Of a DNA stretch of 64,000 nt, positions 12,878 to 25,563 are shown piece after piece. The stretch comes from the human T2T-CHM13v2.0 reference genome, Homo sapiens. The notes under the pieces were generated by a model, which worked only from the letters and a program-made list of their open reading frames with translations, was not told the origin of the DNA and ran no database searches. A program made the position numbers and the translations under genes. Position 1 is the stretch's first letter, and the number at the start of each line of letters is the position of its first letter. The DNA lies in NCBI RefSeq assembly GCF_009914755.1, contig NC_060939.1. The stretch is one strand, 5' to 3'.

Positions 12878-13537
12878 CAAAGTTCTCCAACTCCCCACCA
12901 GCCTGAGGAGCCCAGCTGGCTTCACCAAGTGGATACTGCACAGGGGCCGCAGGTGGAGCTGCCTGCCAGTCCCGCGCCGTGCGCCCGCACTCCTCAGCCC
13001 TTGGGTGTTCGGATGCGACCGGGCGCCGTGGAGCAGGGGGCGGCGCTGGTCAGGGAGGCTCGGGCCGCGCAGGAGCCCACGGCGGCGCGGGGAGGCTCAG
13101 GCATGGCGGGCTGCAAGTGCTGAGCCCTGCCCCGCCGGGAGGCAGCTAAGGCCCGGCGAGAAGTCGAGCACAGCTGCTGGCCCGGGTGCTAAGCCCTTCA
13201 CTGCCACGGGCCGGGCGGGCGGGGCCGGCCGAGCCGACGCCCACCCGGAACTCGCGCTGGCCCGCAAGCACCGCGCGCAGCCCCGGTTCCCGCCTGCGCC
13301 TCTCCCTCCACACCTCCCCGCAGGCTGAGGGAGCCGTTCCCGCCTGCGCCTCTCCCTCCACACCTCCCCGCAGGCTGAGGGAGCCGGCTCCGGCCTTGGC
13401 CAGTCCAGAAAGGGGCTCCCACAGTGCAGCGGCGGGCTGAAGAGCTCTTCAAGCGCGACCAGAGTGGGCGCCAAGGCCGAGGAGGCGCCGAGAGCAAGCG
13501 AGGGCTGCGAGGACTGCCAGCACGCTGTCACTTCTCA
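12878..13537 (-). mobile_element. LTR12C-like (ERV9) LTR, 5' GC-rich U3 part only; CpG-island-like
   Basis: Minus strand starts tgagaagtgacagcgtgctggcagtcctcgcagccctcgc; similarity ends at aaagttctccaactccccacc; CCAAT array, R and U5 absent. Confidence 0.92.
13286..13385 (+). repeat. Perfect 2 x 50-bp tandem duplication within LTR12C
   Basis: gttcccgcctgcgcctctccctccacacctccccgcaggctgagggagcc at 13286-13335 and 13336-13385. Confidence 0.95.
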
Positions 13538-13589
13538 GTAAGAGCTTTAAAGTAGATGGCTGTTTACTCCTCATTTCAGCTCTATAAAG

Positions 13590-13722
13590 AAGGTGTTTTT
13601 CTCACCAGTTGTAAACATAGAAATTGAGGTATAAAGCCGTTCACTTAATTTTCCTAGGACTTTAATTTACTCAGAGGCAGAGCTGGGATTTAAGCTCAGT
13701 GCTGTCTGACTCCAGAAGCAGG
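13590..13722 (-). mobile_element. MIR
   Basis: agaaattgagg...ggcagagctgggatttaagctcagtgctgtctgactccagaagc. Confidence 0.7.
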
Positions 13723-14200
13723 TTAGCTATTTTCCCAGAATGCTTTCTTCCTTTCATTCTCTACCCATTTCCCATCTCTTGAATAAAAACAAACAAAAAT
13801 AGAGTTAATTATTCTCTCAAGAGTACAGTGTCCCATTTGACCAGACACAGTTTAAAATAAAATCAGGTCGTTTATGACCCTAATATGTCCTTAATCTCCC
13901 CTGTCCACTTCGCTGAGCTCAGATAGGATGTGGATGGACTCATCCTGCCAGGGAAACAGAAACACCTTCCATAGATGGGCCCCAGCAGCTGATAATTCAT
14001 GTGCTATGGAAGGTCATAAAAAAGCAGAGGAGTTAAACTCACACTCATTGCCTGCAGTTGCAAAGATAGCAATTACATTTCAAAAAGCTTCCAGAAAAAA
14101 ATATGTTTTAGTCATTTTGGACTTTGGCAAAAAGCTACATTTTTTTTCCTGTGCAGTGTTTTCCCTATTCTTTCCACCCCAAACATGGCAACCCCTAATC

Positions 14201-14520
<320 letters not shown>

Positions 14521-14523
14521 TCT

Positions 14524-14819
14524 AATTTTTATTTATTTATTTTTTTTGAGATAGAGTCTTGCTTTGTCACCAGGCTGGAGTGCAGTGGCACAACCTTGGC
14601 TTGGCTCACTGCAACCTCCACCTCTCGGATTCAAGTGATTCTCCTGCCTCAGCTTCTTGAGTACCTGGGACTACAGTTGTGTGCCACCACGACTGGCTAA
14701 TTATTGTATTTTTAGAAGAGACGGGGTTTCAACATGTTGGCCAGGATGGTCTCGATCTCTTGACCTTGTGATCCGCCTGCCTCGGCCTCCTGAAGTGCTG
14801 GGATTACAGGTGTGAGCCC
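14524..14819 (-). mobile_element. AluS (Sc-like)
   Basis: gtcaccaggctggagtgcagtggc...ccaggatggtctcgatctcttgaccttgtgatccgcc. Confidence 0.9.
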
Positions 14820-15093
14820 AACCCCTCTAACCTTTTTAATGTCTCCATAGTTTTCCCTTTTTCAGAATGTCATGTAGTTGGAATCATATAGCATGTAGTT
14901 TTTTCAGACTGGCTTCTTTGACTAATACGCATTTAAGTTTTCCCCAAGTCTTTTGGTGGCTTGATGGCTCATTTCTTTTTAGCACTGAATAATATTCCAT
15001 TGTCTGAATGTACCTCAGTTAGCTTACCCATTCATCCACTAAAGGACATATTAATTCCATGTTTTGGCTAATTATTGGTAAAGCCGTTATAAA

Positions 15094-15480
15094 TATTATT
15101 AACTATAATTCTCATGGTCTACATTAGATCTCTAGACTTGTTCATCCTCCATATCTACTATTTCGTCTCCATTTCTTTTCTCTTTCTTCCTGATAATCAG
15201 TGTTTTATTCTTTAACTGTATATTTGACTTTGTTACTTCAAGACCTATTACAACACTACAGTAATCAGGACAGTGATTACTGTCACTTTCTTGATAACTG
15301 TAGTTTTCTAATAGGTCTTGAAGCAGATTTTACCTGCTCTGGCCACAGACAATAAAGGGTAACTATGTAAGATGATAGATATATTATTTTGCCTTACCAT
15401 AGTAACAATTTTACTATGTATATGTATCCCATAACATCATATTGTTTACCTTAAATATATGCAAGTAATTTATTCTTTAA
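15094..15480 (+). mobile_element. Short L1MA 3' UTR insertion with 5' inversion (antisense 15094-15235, sense 15324-15480)
   Basis: Antisense tacattagatctctagacttgttcatcc; sense gggtaactatgtaagatgatagatat...; TSD aaagccgttataaa (15080-93) / aaagctgctataaa (15481-94). Confidence 0.8.
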
Positions 15481-16552
15481 AAAGCTGCTATAAAAATCCT
15501 TGTGCAAGTTTTTTTGTGGACATAAGTTTTCAACTCCTTTGGGTAAATACCAAAGAGCATAATTGCTAGATCATATGGGAAGAATAGGTTTACTTCTCTA
15601 AGAAACTGCCAAAGTGCCTTCCAAAGGGGTTACCATTTTGCATTTTCACCAACAATAAGTGAGAGTTCCTGTTGCTCCACATCCTTGTCAGCATTGGTTG
15701 TTGTCAGTGTTCTAGATCTGGACCATTCTGATAGGTGTGTAAGTGGTACCTCATTGTTTTAATTTGCATTTCCCTGATGACATATGATGTGGAGGATATT
15801 TTAATATGTTTATATGCCATCTGCATATCTTATTTGATAAGGTGTCTGCTAAAGTCTTTAGATCATTTTTTAAATGGGTTGTTTGTTTTCTTATTGTTGG
15901 GTGTTAAGTGTTCTTTGTATATTTTGGGTAATAACCCTTTATCAGATGTGTCTTTGCAAATATTTTCTCCCAGGCTACTGCTTGTCTTCTCATTCTCTTT
16001 ACATTCTCTTTCACAAAACAGAAGTTTTTCATTTGATAAATTCCAGCATGTCAATATTTTTGGTGAATTGTGCCTTTTATCTTGTATCTAAGAAGTCATT
16101 GCCATATCCAATATCACCTATGTGTCCTCCTATGTTGTCTTCTTGTTTTATACTTTTGCATCTCACATTTTGGTCTATGATTCCTTTTAAGTTAGTTTTT
16201 GTGAAAAGTGTCAGTTTTGTGTCTAGATTTTTTTTTTGCATGTAGATGTTCAGTTGTTTCAGTGCCATTTTCTGAAAAGACTGTCTTTACTCCATTGTAT
16301 TTCTTTTGCTCTTTTGCCAAAGATCAGTTGACTATATTTATGTGGGTCTGTTTCTAAGCTCTCTGTTCTGTTTCATGGATGCATTGATCTACTCTTTCAC
16401 CAATACCACACTGTTTTGATTACTATAGTGTTCTAATAGGTCTTGAAGTTGAGCAGTGTTGGTCATCCAACTTTGTTCTTATCCTTGTCCTTCCATAAGG
16501 TGTTGGCTATTCTGAGACTTTTGTCTCTCTCTATAAACTTTAAATTCAGGCT

Positions 16553-16860
16553 TTGTTTTTTTTTGTTTGTTGTAAGAGATGGGGTCTCACTCTGTTGTCC
16601 AGCTGCAGTGCAATGGCACAATCATAGCTCACTGCAACCTGAAACCCCTGGGCTCAAGTGATCTTGCCACCTCAGCCTTTTGAGTGTCTGGGGCTACAGG
16701 GGTGTACCACCATACTGGGCTAATTTTTAAAAAAATTTTTGTAGAGGCAAGACCACACTGTATTACTCAGGCTGGTCGTGAATTCCTGGGCTAAAAGCCA
16801 TCCTTTTTCCTCAGCCTCCTGAATATCTGGAATTTCAAGCCCAAGCTACTGCACCTCACT
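16553..16860 (-). mobile_element. AluJ nested in L1MC
   Basis: gagatggggtctcactctgttg...gcacaatcatagctcactgcaacc...ctgggctcaagtgatc. Confidence 0.88.
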
Positions 16861-19800
16861 TGAATCAGTTTGTTGATATCCACAAACTTGCTGGGATTTT
16901 GGGTGGTATTACACTGAATCAGTAGATCAAGTTGAGAAGTGGCATCTTCTCAATTTGAGTCTTCCTATCAATGAACTTGGAATATGTCATTATTCATTTA
17001 GTGTTTGATTTCTTCCATTAGAGTTCCATAGTTCTTCTCATACAGCTCTTGTACATATTATGTTAGGTTTGTAACTAAGTATTTGAGTTTTAGGGGAAAT
17101 GCTAATGTAAATGGTATTATGATTTTAATTTCAAATTATTCTTGTACATTGCTGGTATATAGAAAGCGACTGACTTTTGAATATGAAACTTGTATCCTGC
17201 AACCTCACCATAATTGCTTTAATAAGAGATTCTGGGAGTTTTTATACTTAATTCTTTCAAATTTTCTACATGGAAGATCATGTCATCTGAGAATAAAGAT
17301 AATTTTATTTATTTATTTCCAGTCTTCATAGCATTTAATTTTCTTTTCTTGTCTTATTGCATTAGCTATAACCTCCAGTAGGATGTTGAAAAGCAGTGAT
17401 GAGAGGAAATATCTTTGCCTTGTTCATGATATTACCGGGAAAACTTCAAGTTTCTTATTACTAAGTATGATGTTTGCTATGGGGTTTTTGTATATATTCT
17501 TTACCAAGTTGAGAAAGTTTCTCTCTATTAGTTTACTGGGTGTTTTTGTAATTAATAAGTGTTGGATTTTGTCCAGTGCTTTTTTTGGCATATAATTATA
17601 TGATTTTGTGATTTTTCTCTTTTAGCCTCTTGAAGAGGTGATCTACATTAATTAATTTTTGAATGTTGAATCTGCCTCACATACTGGGGAAAAGTCCCAC
17701 TTGGCCGTGTTATATAATTAATTTTATACATTGTTGAATTCAATTTGATAATATTTGTTGAGAATTTCTGCATCTATGTTCACTAGAGATACTGGACTGT
17801 ACTCTTTTTCATTATAATGTCTTCAGTTTGAGTGTTAGAGTAATGGTGGGCTCATAGAATAAGTTAAGAAGTATTCCCTCTGCTTCTATCTTTGAAAGAC
17901 ATTGTACAATTTCTTCGTATAATTGGACTATTGATAAAAATTCTTTCTTAAATGGTAGCTAGAATTCACCAGTACACTCATTTGGGCCTTGTGCTCTCTG
18001 TTCTGAAAGGTAACTAATTTTTGATTCAATTTCTTTAATAGATATAGACCAATTCCGATTGTCTGTTTCTTCTTGTATGTGTCTTGGAAGATTTTGTGTT
18101 TTAAATAATTGGTCCATTGTATCTAGGTTATCAAATTTGTGGACACAGAGTTGTTCATAGTATTCCTTTATTATCCTTTTAATGTCTGTGGGATCAATAA
18201 TGATATCCTGTATTTCATTTCTGATATTAGAATGTGCATCCTTTATATTGTTTTAGATATCCTGGATAAAGGCTTATCAATTTTATTAATCGTCAAAGAA
18301 CCTGTTTTTAGTTCTGTTGATTATTGATTTCCTATTTTCAGTTTCAATGATTTCTATTCTAATTCTTTTTATCTCATCTTTTTGTAGTTTCCCAAGGTGG
18401 AAACTTCAATTACTGATTTTAGATCTTTCTTTTTTCTAATATATGCATTCAGTGCTATAAATTTCCCTTTAAGCACTGTTTTCACTGCATCCAACAAATT
18501 TTGATAAGCTGTATTTTCATGTTCATTTAGTTCAAAACATTTTAATTGTTTATTAAGATTTTTTCTTTGACTTATGTGTTATTTAGAGAGTGCCATTTAA
18601 CCTCCATGTATTTTAGAATTTTCTGGTAATCTTTCTGTTATTGATTTCTAGTTTATTTACAATATGTTTTGAGAATAGGCATTGAATGATCTATATTTTC
18701 TAAAAAGTTGTTAAGCTGTTGTAATGTCTCAGACTATGGCCCATCTCGGTGAATGTTCCATGTGAGCTTGAGAAGAATGTGTATTCTGCTGTGGTTGGAT
18801 GAAATAATCTATACATGTCAATTATATCCAGTTGATTGACGTTGCTGTTGAGTTCAACTATGTCCTACTGATTTTCTGCCTGCTGGATCTGTCCATTTCT
18901 GATAGAGGGATGTTTAAGTCTGCCATGATAATAGTAGATTCATCTATTTCTCTTTGCAGTTCTATCAATTTCTGCCTCATGTAGTTTGGTGTTCTGTTGT
19001 TGTTAGGTGCACACATGTTAAGGATTATTATGTCTTCTTGGAGAATAGACCCCTGTATCATTATGTAATGCCCTTCTTTAGCACTAATAACTTTTCTTGC
19101 TTTAAAGTCTGTTCCATCAGAAATTAATATAGCTACCATGTTTTCTTTTGGTTAGTATTAGCATGATATATTTTCTTTCTTTATTTACTTTTAATCTATA
19201 GGTGTCTTTACATGTAAAGTGGGTTTTTAAAACAACATATAGTTGAATCTTATTTTTTTTTCCACTCTGACAACCTTTATCTTTTAATTGGTGCATTCAG
19301 GCCATTTATTTTCACAGTGATTATTGATATAGTTGGATCAATGTCTACCATATTTGTTACTGTTTTCTATTTCTTACCTTCATTCTTTTTTTTCTATTTT
19401 TGTCTTCTTTTTCTTCCTTTTGTGGTTTAAATTGAACATTTTCTATGATTCTATTGTTAACATATCAGTTATACTTTTTTATAACTTTCTTTATTGGTTG
19501 CCCTAGAGTTTGCAATATGCATTTATAATGAATCCAAGTCACCTTTCAAATAACACTATACCACTCTTGCATAGTGAGTACTTTATAATAAAATAATTCT
19601 AATTTCTCCCTCCTGTCCCTTGTATCATTGTTGTCATTCATTTCAATTACATATAAGCATACCTAAGTATACACACACACACGCACACACACACACATAA
19701 ACATATATAATAAAATAGATTTTTGCTATTATTATATTGGACAGACTATTACCTAAATGAGAAAAATAAATGTTTCTGTTTAACTTCAATACTTATTTTC

Positions 19801-22099
19801 AGTGCTCTTTCTTTTTATGTAGATCTGAGTTTCTGACCTACATTATATTTCTTCTTTCTAAAGAACTTCTTTGTAATATCTATTGCAAGGCAATATACTG
19901 ACAAAAAATGCCTTTTTTTGAGAAAATATTTCTGCTTTACTTTTAAAGATAATTTCACTGGATACAGAATTCTAGGTTGGCAGTTTTTCCTCTCAATACT
20001 TCAAATATTTCACTTCACTTTCTTCTTGCTTCCATGATTTATGAGAAGTTGGATGTAAGGCCTACCTTTACTCTTCTATATAAAAGGTGTTTTTTCTTTT
20101 CTTCTTGTTTCTTTCATTGTTTATTCTTTTATTTTTATTTTTTATTTTTGCATCTTGAAATAATATGCCTAGGTATTGGGGGTTTTTGCATTAATCCTGC
20201 TTGGTGTTCTCTGAACTTCTGGATCTGTGGTTTGGTGTCTGACTTTTTGTTTTTCAGATAATCTTCAGTTGTTATTGTTTCAACTATTTCTTCTGTTTCT
20301 TTCTCTCTCCTCCATCAGGTATTTTATTATGCACATGCTACACCTTTGCAGTAGTCCCACAGTCCTTGAATATTCTTAATTATTTTTTTGGGCTGGGGGG
20401 GGCTTTGTTCTCTTTGATTTCCAGTTTTAGAGGATCTTTTGATACATCCTTAAGTTCAGCGATTATTTCCTCATCTGTGTCCAGTTAAGTAATACTCCCA
20501 TCAAAGGCATTCTACATTTTTATTACAGTGTTTTTTATCTCTAACTTTCTTTTGGTCTTCCTCAGGATGTCCATCTCTTTGCTTACATTCATTGACCTCC
20601 TAATCCTGCATGTTATTCACTTTATCCATAAAAATCCTTAGCATATTAATCATAGTGGTTCTGAATTCTTGGTCTGATAACCCCAACATCCCTGCCCTAT
20701 GTGGTTCTGATGCTTGCTCTATCTATTCAAATTGTAGGTCTTTTTTTGGCGGGGGGCGCCTCCTGGTATGCCTTGTAATTTTTTCTTGATAGCTGGACAT
20801 GATGTGCTGGATAAAATGAACTGCTGTAAATAGGCATTTAATAATCTGTTACGGTGTGGTGGGAGAGGAAGTGTTCCGTGGTTGTATGATTAAGGCACAG
20901 TCTTTCAGTAAGCCTGTCCTTCTGACCCGTGGGTTCATAAGTGTTTCTCTGAGTTTTTTTTCCCTCCCCTTTTAGGTGTAATAAGATGATTACACTGGGC
21001 TGGAATTGGGTATATTTCTTCCCCCAAGTCAGTTTTTGATAATACCCCAGCAGGTTAGGCGCTGTTTCATTAGTTTCCCCTGAGGGCAGGCCTTGTCAAA
21101 AAGAACAGGGTGCTCTGGTGTTTTTCAAAATGGTTCCTCTTTCCCTCCCCTTGCTGAAAGCACAAGAGAATTTTTCTCAGATATTTACTATAAAAAAATC
21201 ATCAAGCTCCCTGAACTAAAACTCACAAAAGCAGGGTGGAGTACCCTGTGACTGACTTTCCTGGAAGTCTCTAACTCTCACAGTTGTCCACACTGAGCTT
21301 TTAGCAATTTATTAATTAGAACCCACTTTTTCCCACCCCAGCACTGATTCCCTTGGTGGGTTCTACTCTTGGGTCTCTACTCTTTACTCTGGAAAGCTGT
21401 GACTCTGTATTTGCCTGCCTGTCTCCCTCATCTTAAGGGCAGCAGTTTACCCTGTGTCTTTTCCTCTCTACTAGATCCAAGAAGATTGGATTGTTGATTT
21501 TTCAGTCTTTTAAGCATTTTACTTGTTGTTAGGATGAAGTGGCAACTTCTCAACTCTCTAAATGCAGATCCAAAAACTGGAAGTCACCTACCAAACGTTT
21601 CATTTTCTTAGTATTATCATTAGTTGTGTGTGAAAGAAGGTGAGATGGATTGGTAAGACCCACCATTTCTATTATTATTGTATCCAGGGCTATGTGAGAT
21701 AGATGTGCAGTAAAGGAAGTTCTTACTCTAATGCTTGGTCAAATCTGGCTTTTAGCAACCAGTGATAACCCTCTCCTGACACAACATAACTAAGACATCC
21801 GTTTCAGGGACAGCATGCAGGAAACTCCCTAATAAAAGGAAGTACACAGGATGCGAGCAGCTGAGTAAGCCTTGCAATATGCAGCTATGGAAGGAGAAGC
21901 ATCTGACATCGCTGGTACCACTGGCACTGCTGGCCCTTGCCAATGTACAGAGCCTCAAGACTGCTAGCTGATGGGCTCTACGGGAAATTTGGGAAATTAC
22001 AGGTCAATTACACACGAAATATGTGTGAGAAGGAGAGGCTAAACAATCCTGCGGTAAAGAGTATACAGAGAGTAGTTTGAATACTCTTGCAACTGCAGT

Positions 22100-24070
22100 T
22101 TCATTATTTATTACCTTGTGTAGATTTACAACTATGCATTTATTATATATTATTGATATTACCCCCATTTTGGGCAATATACCTTTCAGCACCAATGACA
22201 TAAAAAGCAGAAAGTTCATTTGGGTAAAAGAAATCAAGTTCAAGTTGTGAATTTCTGTTGGAAACCTGATGACAAATTGATAAATGATTAATTTGACAAA
22301 ATGTCAACATATATCACTCACCAGGGGGACCATGAGGATATTACTGACGACATGTAAACCAGAAGATAAAAATCTGCCAATGAAGTATCAACATCTAACC
22401 TCAACAGTTCATAGTTATGTTAAAAGACTGTGCCTAAAGATAACAATTTAATACATGTAGCTACAAAAGATAGGTTTATCATAGATAGTTCTGTGGCATA
22501 TGACTTTTATTTGAATCAAATAACTGCTCTCAATTGAATTTGCTCATTTTTTGCTCCAATTAGTGTTACCAAAATTTCTCATGCACATACAAAAACTGAA
22601 GAGACAGCTGCTAATATGTTGGATTCATTAGCAAAAGAAGGATTTTGCAAATGGTGAAAAGACACCAGTTTTATGTGAGTGTCATCAAATGTATTGGTAG
22701 AAAATCAGTTAATACCAATAGTGGCTTAATTTTTCATCCAATTTATAGAGTCAAAATAAAACTTTTGATGTATATTCTGTCAAAGATGAAACATCTGACA
22801 TTATTGTATCTGATATTATTGTAAATGCTATAGTTTAGTGGTCCCCCACCTTTTTGGCACCAGGGACCTGTTTCATGGAAGACAGTTTTTCTATGGACTG
22901 GGGTGGGGGTGATGGTTTTGGAATCATTCAAGCTCATTACATTTATTGTGCACTTTATTTATATTATTATTACATTGTAGTGTATAATTAAACTATTGTG
23001 CAACTCACCATAATGTAGAATCAGTGAGAGTCCTGGGCTAGGCGGTCCCATCTGGGGATGATGGGAGACAGTGACAGATCATCAGGCATTAGATTCTCAG
23101 AAGAAGTGTGCAACCTGGATCCCTCACATGTGCAGTTCACAATAGGGTTCACACTCCTATGAGAATCTAATGCTGCCACTGATCTGACAAGAGGCGGAGC
23201 TCAGGCAGTAATGCGAGTGATGGGGAGTGGCCATAAATACAGATGAAAGTTGACTTGCTCACTTTTTGCTATGCACCGGTGTTCCTAAGAGACCAGGGAC
23301 CAGTACTGGGGATTGGGGACCCCTGCTATAGTCAGTTCAGTCAAGAGTTTCAACATAGGACATAAACTTCATTTGTTTGCTTTTGGGCTAATCCAAGATG
23401 AATTTTGGGCAATACTACATTGTGCTAAAATAATGTTTTATCAGTTTAATAAATAAATGGCATAGAAATATTCTTATCAAATTGGTTGTGGTGCATACAT
23501 AGTTCCTAAGTCATTCCTACACACTACTATAATGTATGAAAAAATAGAATTAGTTATTGTTAGAATTGATGAAATTTATATATACCCAAAATAACAACAA
23601 TTTTTGTGTGTGTGACAAAGCTGATGTGGAAGTAAGAATAATTTTTAAAAATTTGAGATAGCAGTATGTGATTTCTCTTTGTTGCCCCCTCACTTGAATT
23701 TTAAAATGTTAGAAATTTAGAGAAATGTATTTATAAATAACCATAGGTGACTGACAAAGATAGTTACATTTTTGGAGAAGCTTTGGTTACATTTTGTTCT
23801 AATCAGTTGAAAAATGCTAATCAAAATACTCAACAAATACACCACCAAAAGCTTTATTAGTAACAAAGTTAGCAAGCAGAAAATCATTGACCTTTGTTCT
23901 ATAAAATCAAGGGCAAAACTAAGTCAAATAAATGTTGAGAGCCAAAATGGTATAGATAATTTAATTTTGTAATTTCATAATTGTACTTTGGAATATTATG
24001 ATTTTGGAAAAGAATTTTTATTATAGTTCTTATATTCAATTGGATACATCCCTATTCTGTATCATAAAAG
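22100..24070 (+). mobile_element. Fossil hAT (Tip100/Zaphod-like) transposase region, heavily disabled
   Basis: Degenerate codons resembling KFSCARTK.E...N.L (~22572-22632), DETSDII (~22785) and IGCGA(H/Y)IV (~23481). Confidence 0.65.
22836..23325 (+). mobile_element. MER1A (hAT-Charlie) inserted in the Zaphod-like fossil
   Basis: TIRs tagtggtcccc / ggggacccctg; 8-bp TSD ctatagtt (22828-35) / ctatagtc (23326-33). Confidence 0.92.
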
Positions 24071-24344
24071 AATGAAGTGGACTCCCTAATAATCTACAGC
24101 AAACAAACCCACTTACACTAGTTTCTTTCATGACAAATTAAGGCACTCTGATTCAATGAGACATAGATGTGCTACTCTGTACTGTCTACCTTAATGCAAA
24201 TTAACAAGTTTCATGCATAAACCCACTATATTTGCAGATTATAGTTGTTTTCGTTATATTTAAGTTTTTGTTTGTTTATTTGTTTCGGCAAACCCTATTT
24301 AGGGAGGTGGTGTGAACCAGCTGAAAGGACCAAGAACTCAAAAA

Positions 24345-24425
24345 ACTTTTGTAATCTTTAACAAAGTCTCAGTTTTCTCATTTGTAAAATGAGAATTAAA
24401 CTCACTCATCCACATAGTGATTGTG
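24345..24425 (+). mobile_element. MIR core fragment
   Basis: gtctcagttttctcatttgtaaaatgagaat. Confidence 0.6.
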
Positions 24426-24429
24426 TGTG

Positions 24430-24473
<44 letters not shown>

Positions 24474-24617
24474 TATATGTATATACACATATATGTATAT
24501 ATATCTGTATATATATACACACATATATACATATATGTGTGTGTATATATATATGTATATATATGTGTGTGTATATATATATATGGGTGTGTGTGTATAC
24601 ATATATACACATATATA
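24423..24617. repeat. Compound (TA)/(TG)/(CA) microsatellite
   Basis: Direct reading of alternating purine-pyrimidine units. Confidence 0.95.
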
Positions 24618-24656
24618 ATAAAGCCTTTAGAAAAGGCTTTATTAAAATATAGTTAA

Positions 24657-25451
24657 TTAATCCAGTCTATCGTTGTTGGACATTTGGGTTGGTTCCAAGT
24701 CTTTGCTATTGTGAATAGTGCTGCAATAAACATACGTGTGCATGTGTCTTTATAGCAGCATGATTTATAATCCTTTGGGTATATACCCAGTAATGGGATG
24801 GCTGGGTCAAATGGTATTTCTAGTTCTAGATCCCTGAGGAATCGCCACACTGACTTCCACAATGGTTGAACTGGTTTACAGTCCCACCAACAGTGTAAAA
24901 GTGTTCCTATTTCTCCACATCCTCTTCAGCACCTGTTGTTTCCTGACTTTTTAATGATCGCCATTCTAACTGGTGTGAGATGGTATCTCATTGTGGTTTT
25001 GATTTGCATTTCTCTGATGGCCAGTGATGATGAGCATTTTTTCATGTGTTTTTTGGCTGCATAAATGTCTTCTTTTGATTAAGAAAATGTGGCACATATA
25101 CACCATGGAATACTATGCAGCCATAAAAAATGAGTTCATGTCCTTTGTAGGGACATGGATGAAACTGGAAACCATCATTCTCAGCAAACTATCACAAGGA
25201 CAAAAACCCAAACACCGCATGTTCTCACTCATAGGTGGGAATTGAACAATGAGAACACATGGACACAGGAAGGGGGACATCACACTCCAGGGACTGTTGT
25301 GGGGTGGGGGGAGGGGGGAGGGAAAGCATTAGGAAATATATCTAATGCTAAATGACGAGTTAATGGGTGCAGCACACCAACATGGCACATGTATACATAT
25401 GTAACAAACCTGCACATTGTGCACATGTACCCTAAAACTTAAAGTATAATA
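24657..25451 (+). mobile_element. Young L1PA (PA2-4-like), 5'-truncated with 5' inversion (antisense 24657-25078, sense 25077-25451)
   Basis: Minus ORF MWKSVWRFLRDLELEIPFDPAIPLLGIYP and plus ORF KKMWHIYTMEYYAAIK...IGGN are adjacent ORF2 C-terminal parts in opposite orientation; GAG-type 3' UTR; TSD core atatagttaa at 24647-56 and 25559-68. Confidence 0.95.
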
Positions 25452-25563
25452 TATGTGTATATACACACATATATATGTGTGTGTATATACACATATATAT
25501 GTGTGTGTATATATGTATATATATACATATATATGTGTGTGTGTGTGTATATATATATATATA
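25449..25563. repeat. Compound (TA)/(TG)/(CA) microsatellite in place of the L1 poly-A tail
   Basis: Directly follows aaagtataata and runs into the 3' TSD. Confidence 0.93.

Noticed and set aside
12573-13531. 251-aa and 144-aa ORFs and overlapping frames
   Set aside because: Non-ATG starts for the long frames; they stay open because GC-rich LTR12C sequence has few stops; no protein family signal.
18858-19139. L1 endonuclease-like ORF
   Set aside because: Short fragment of a decayed L1MC ORF2, not a gene.
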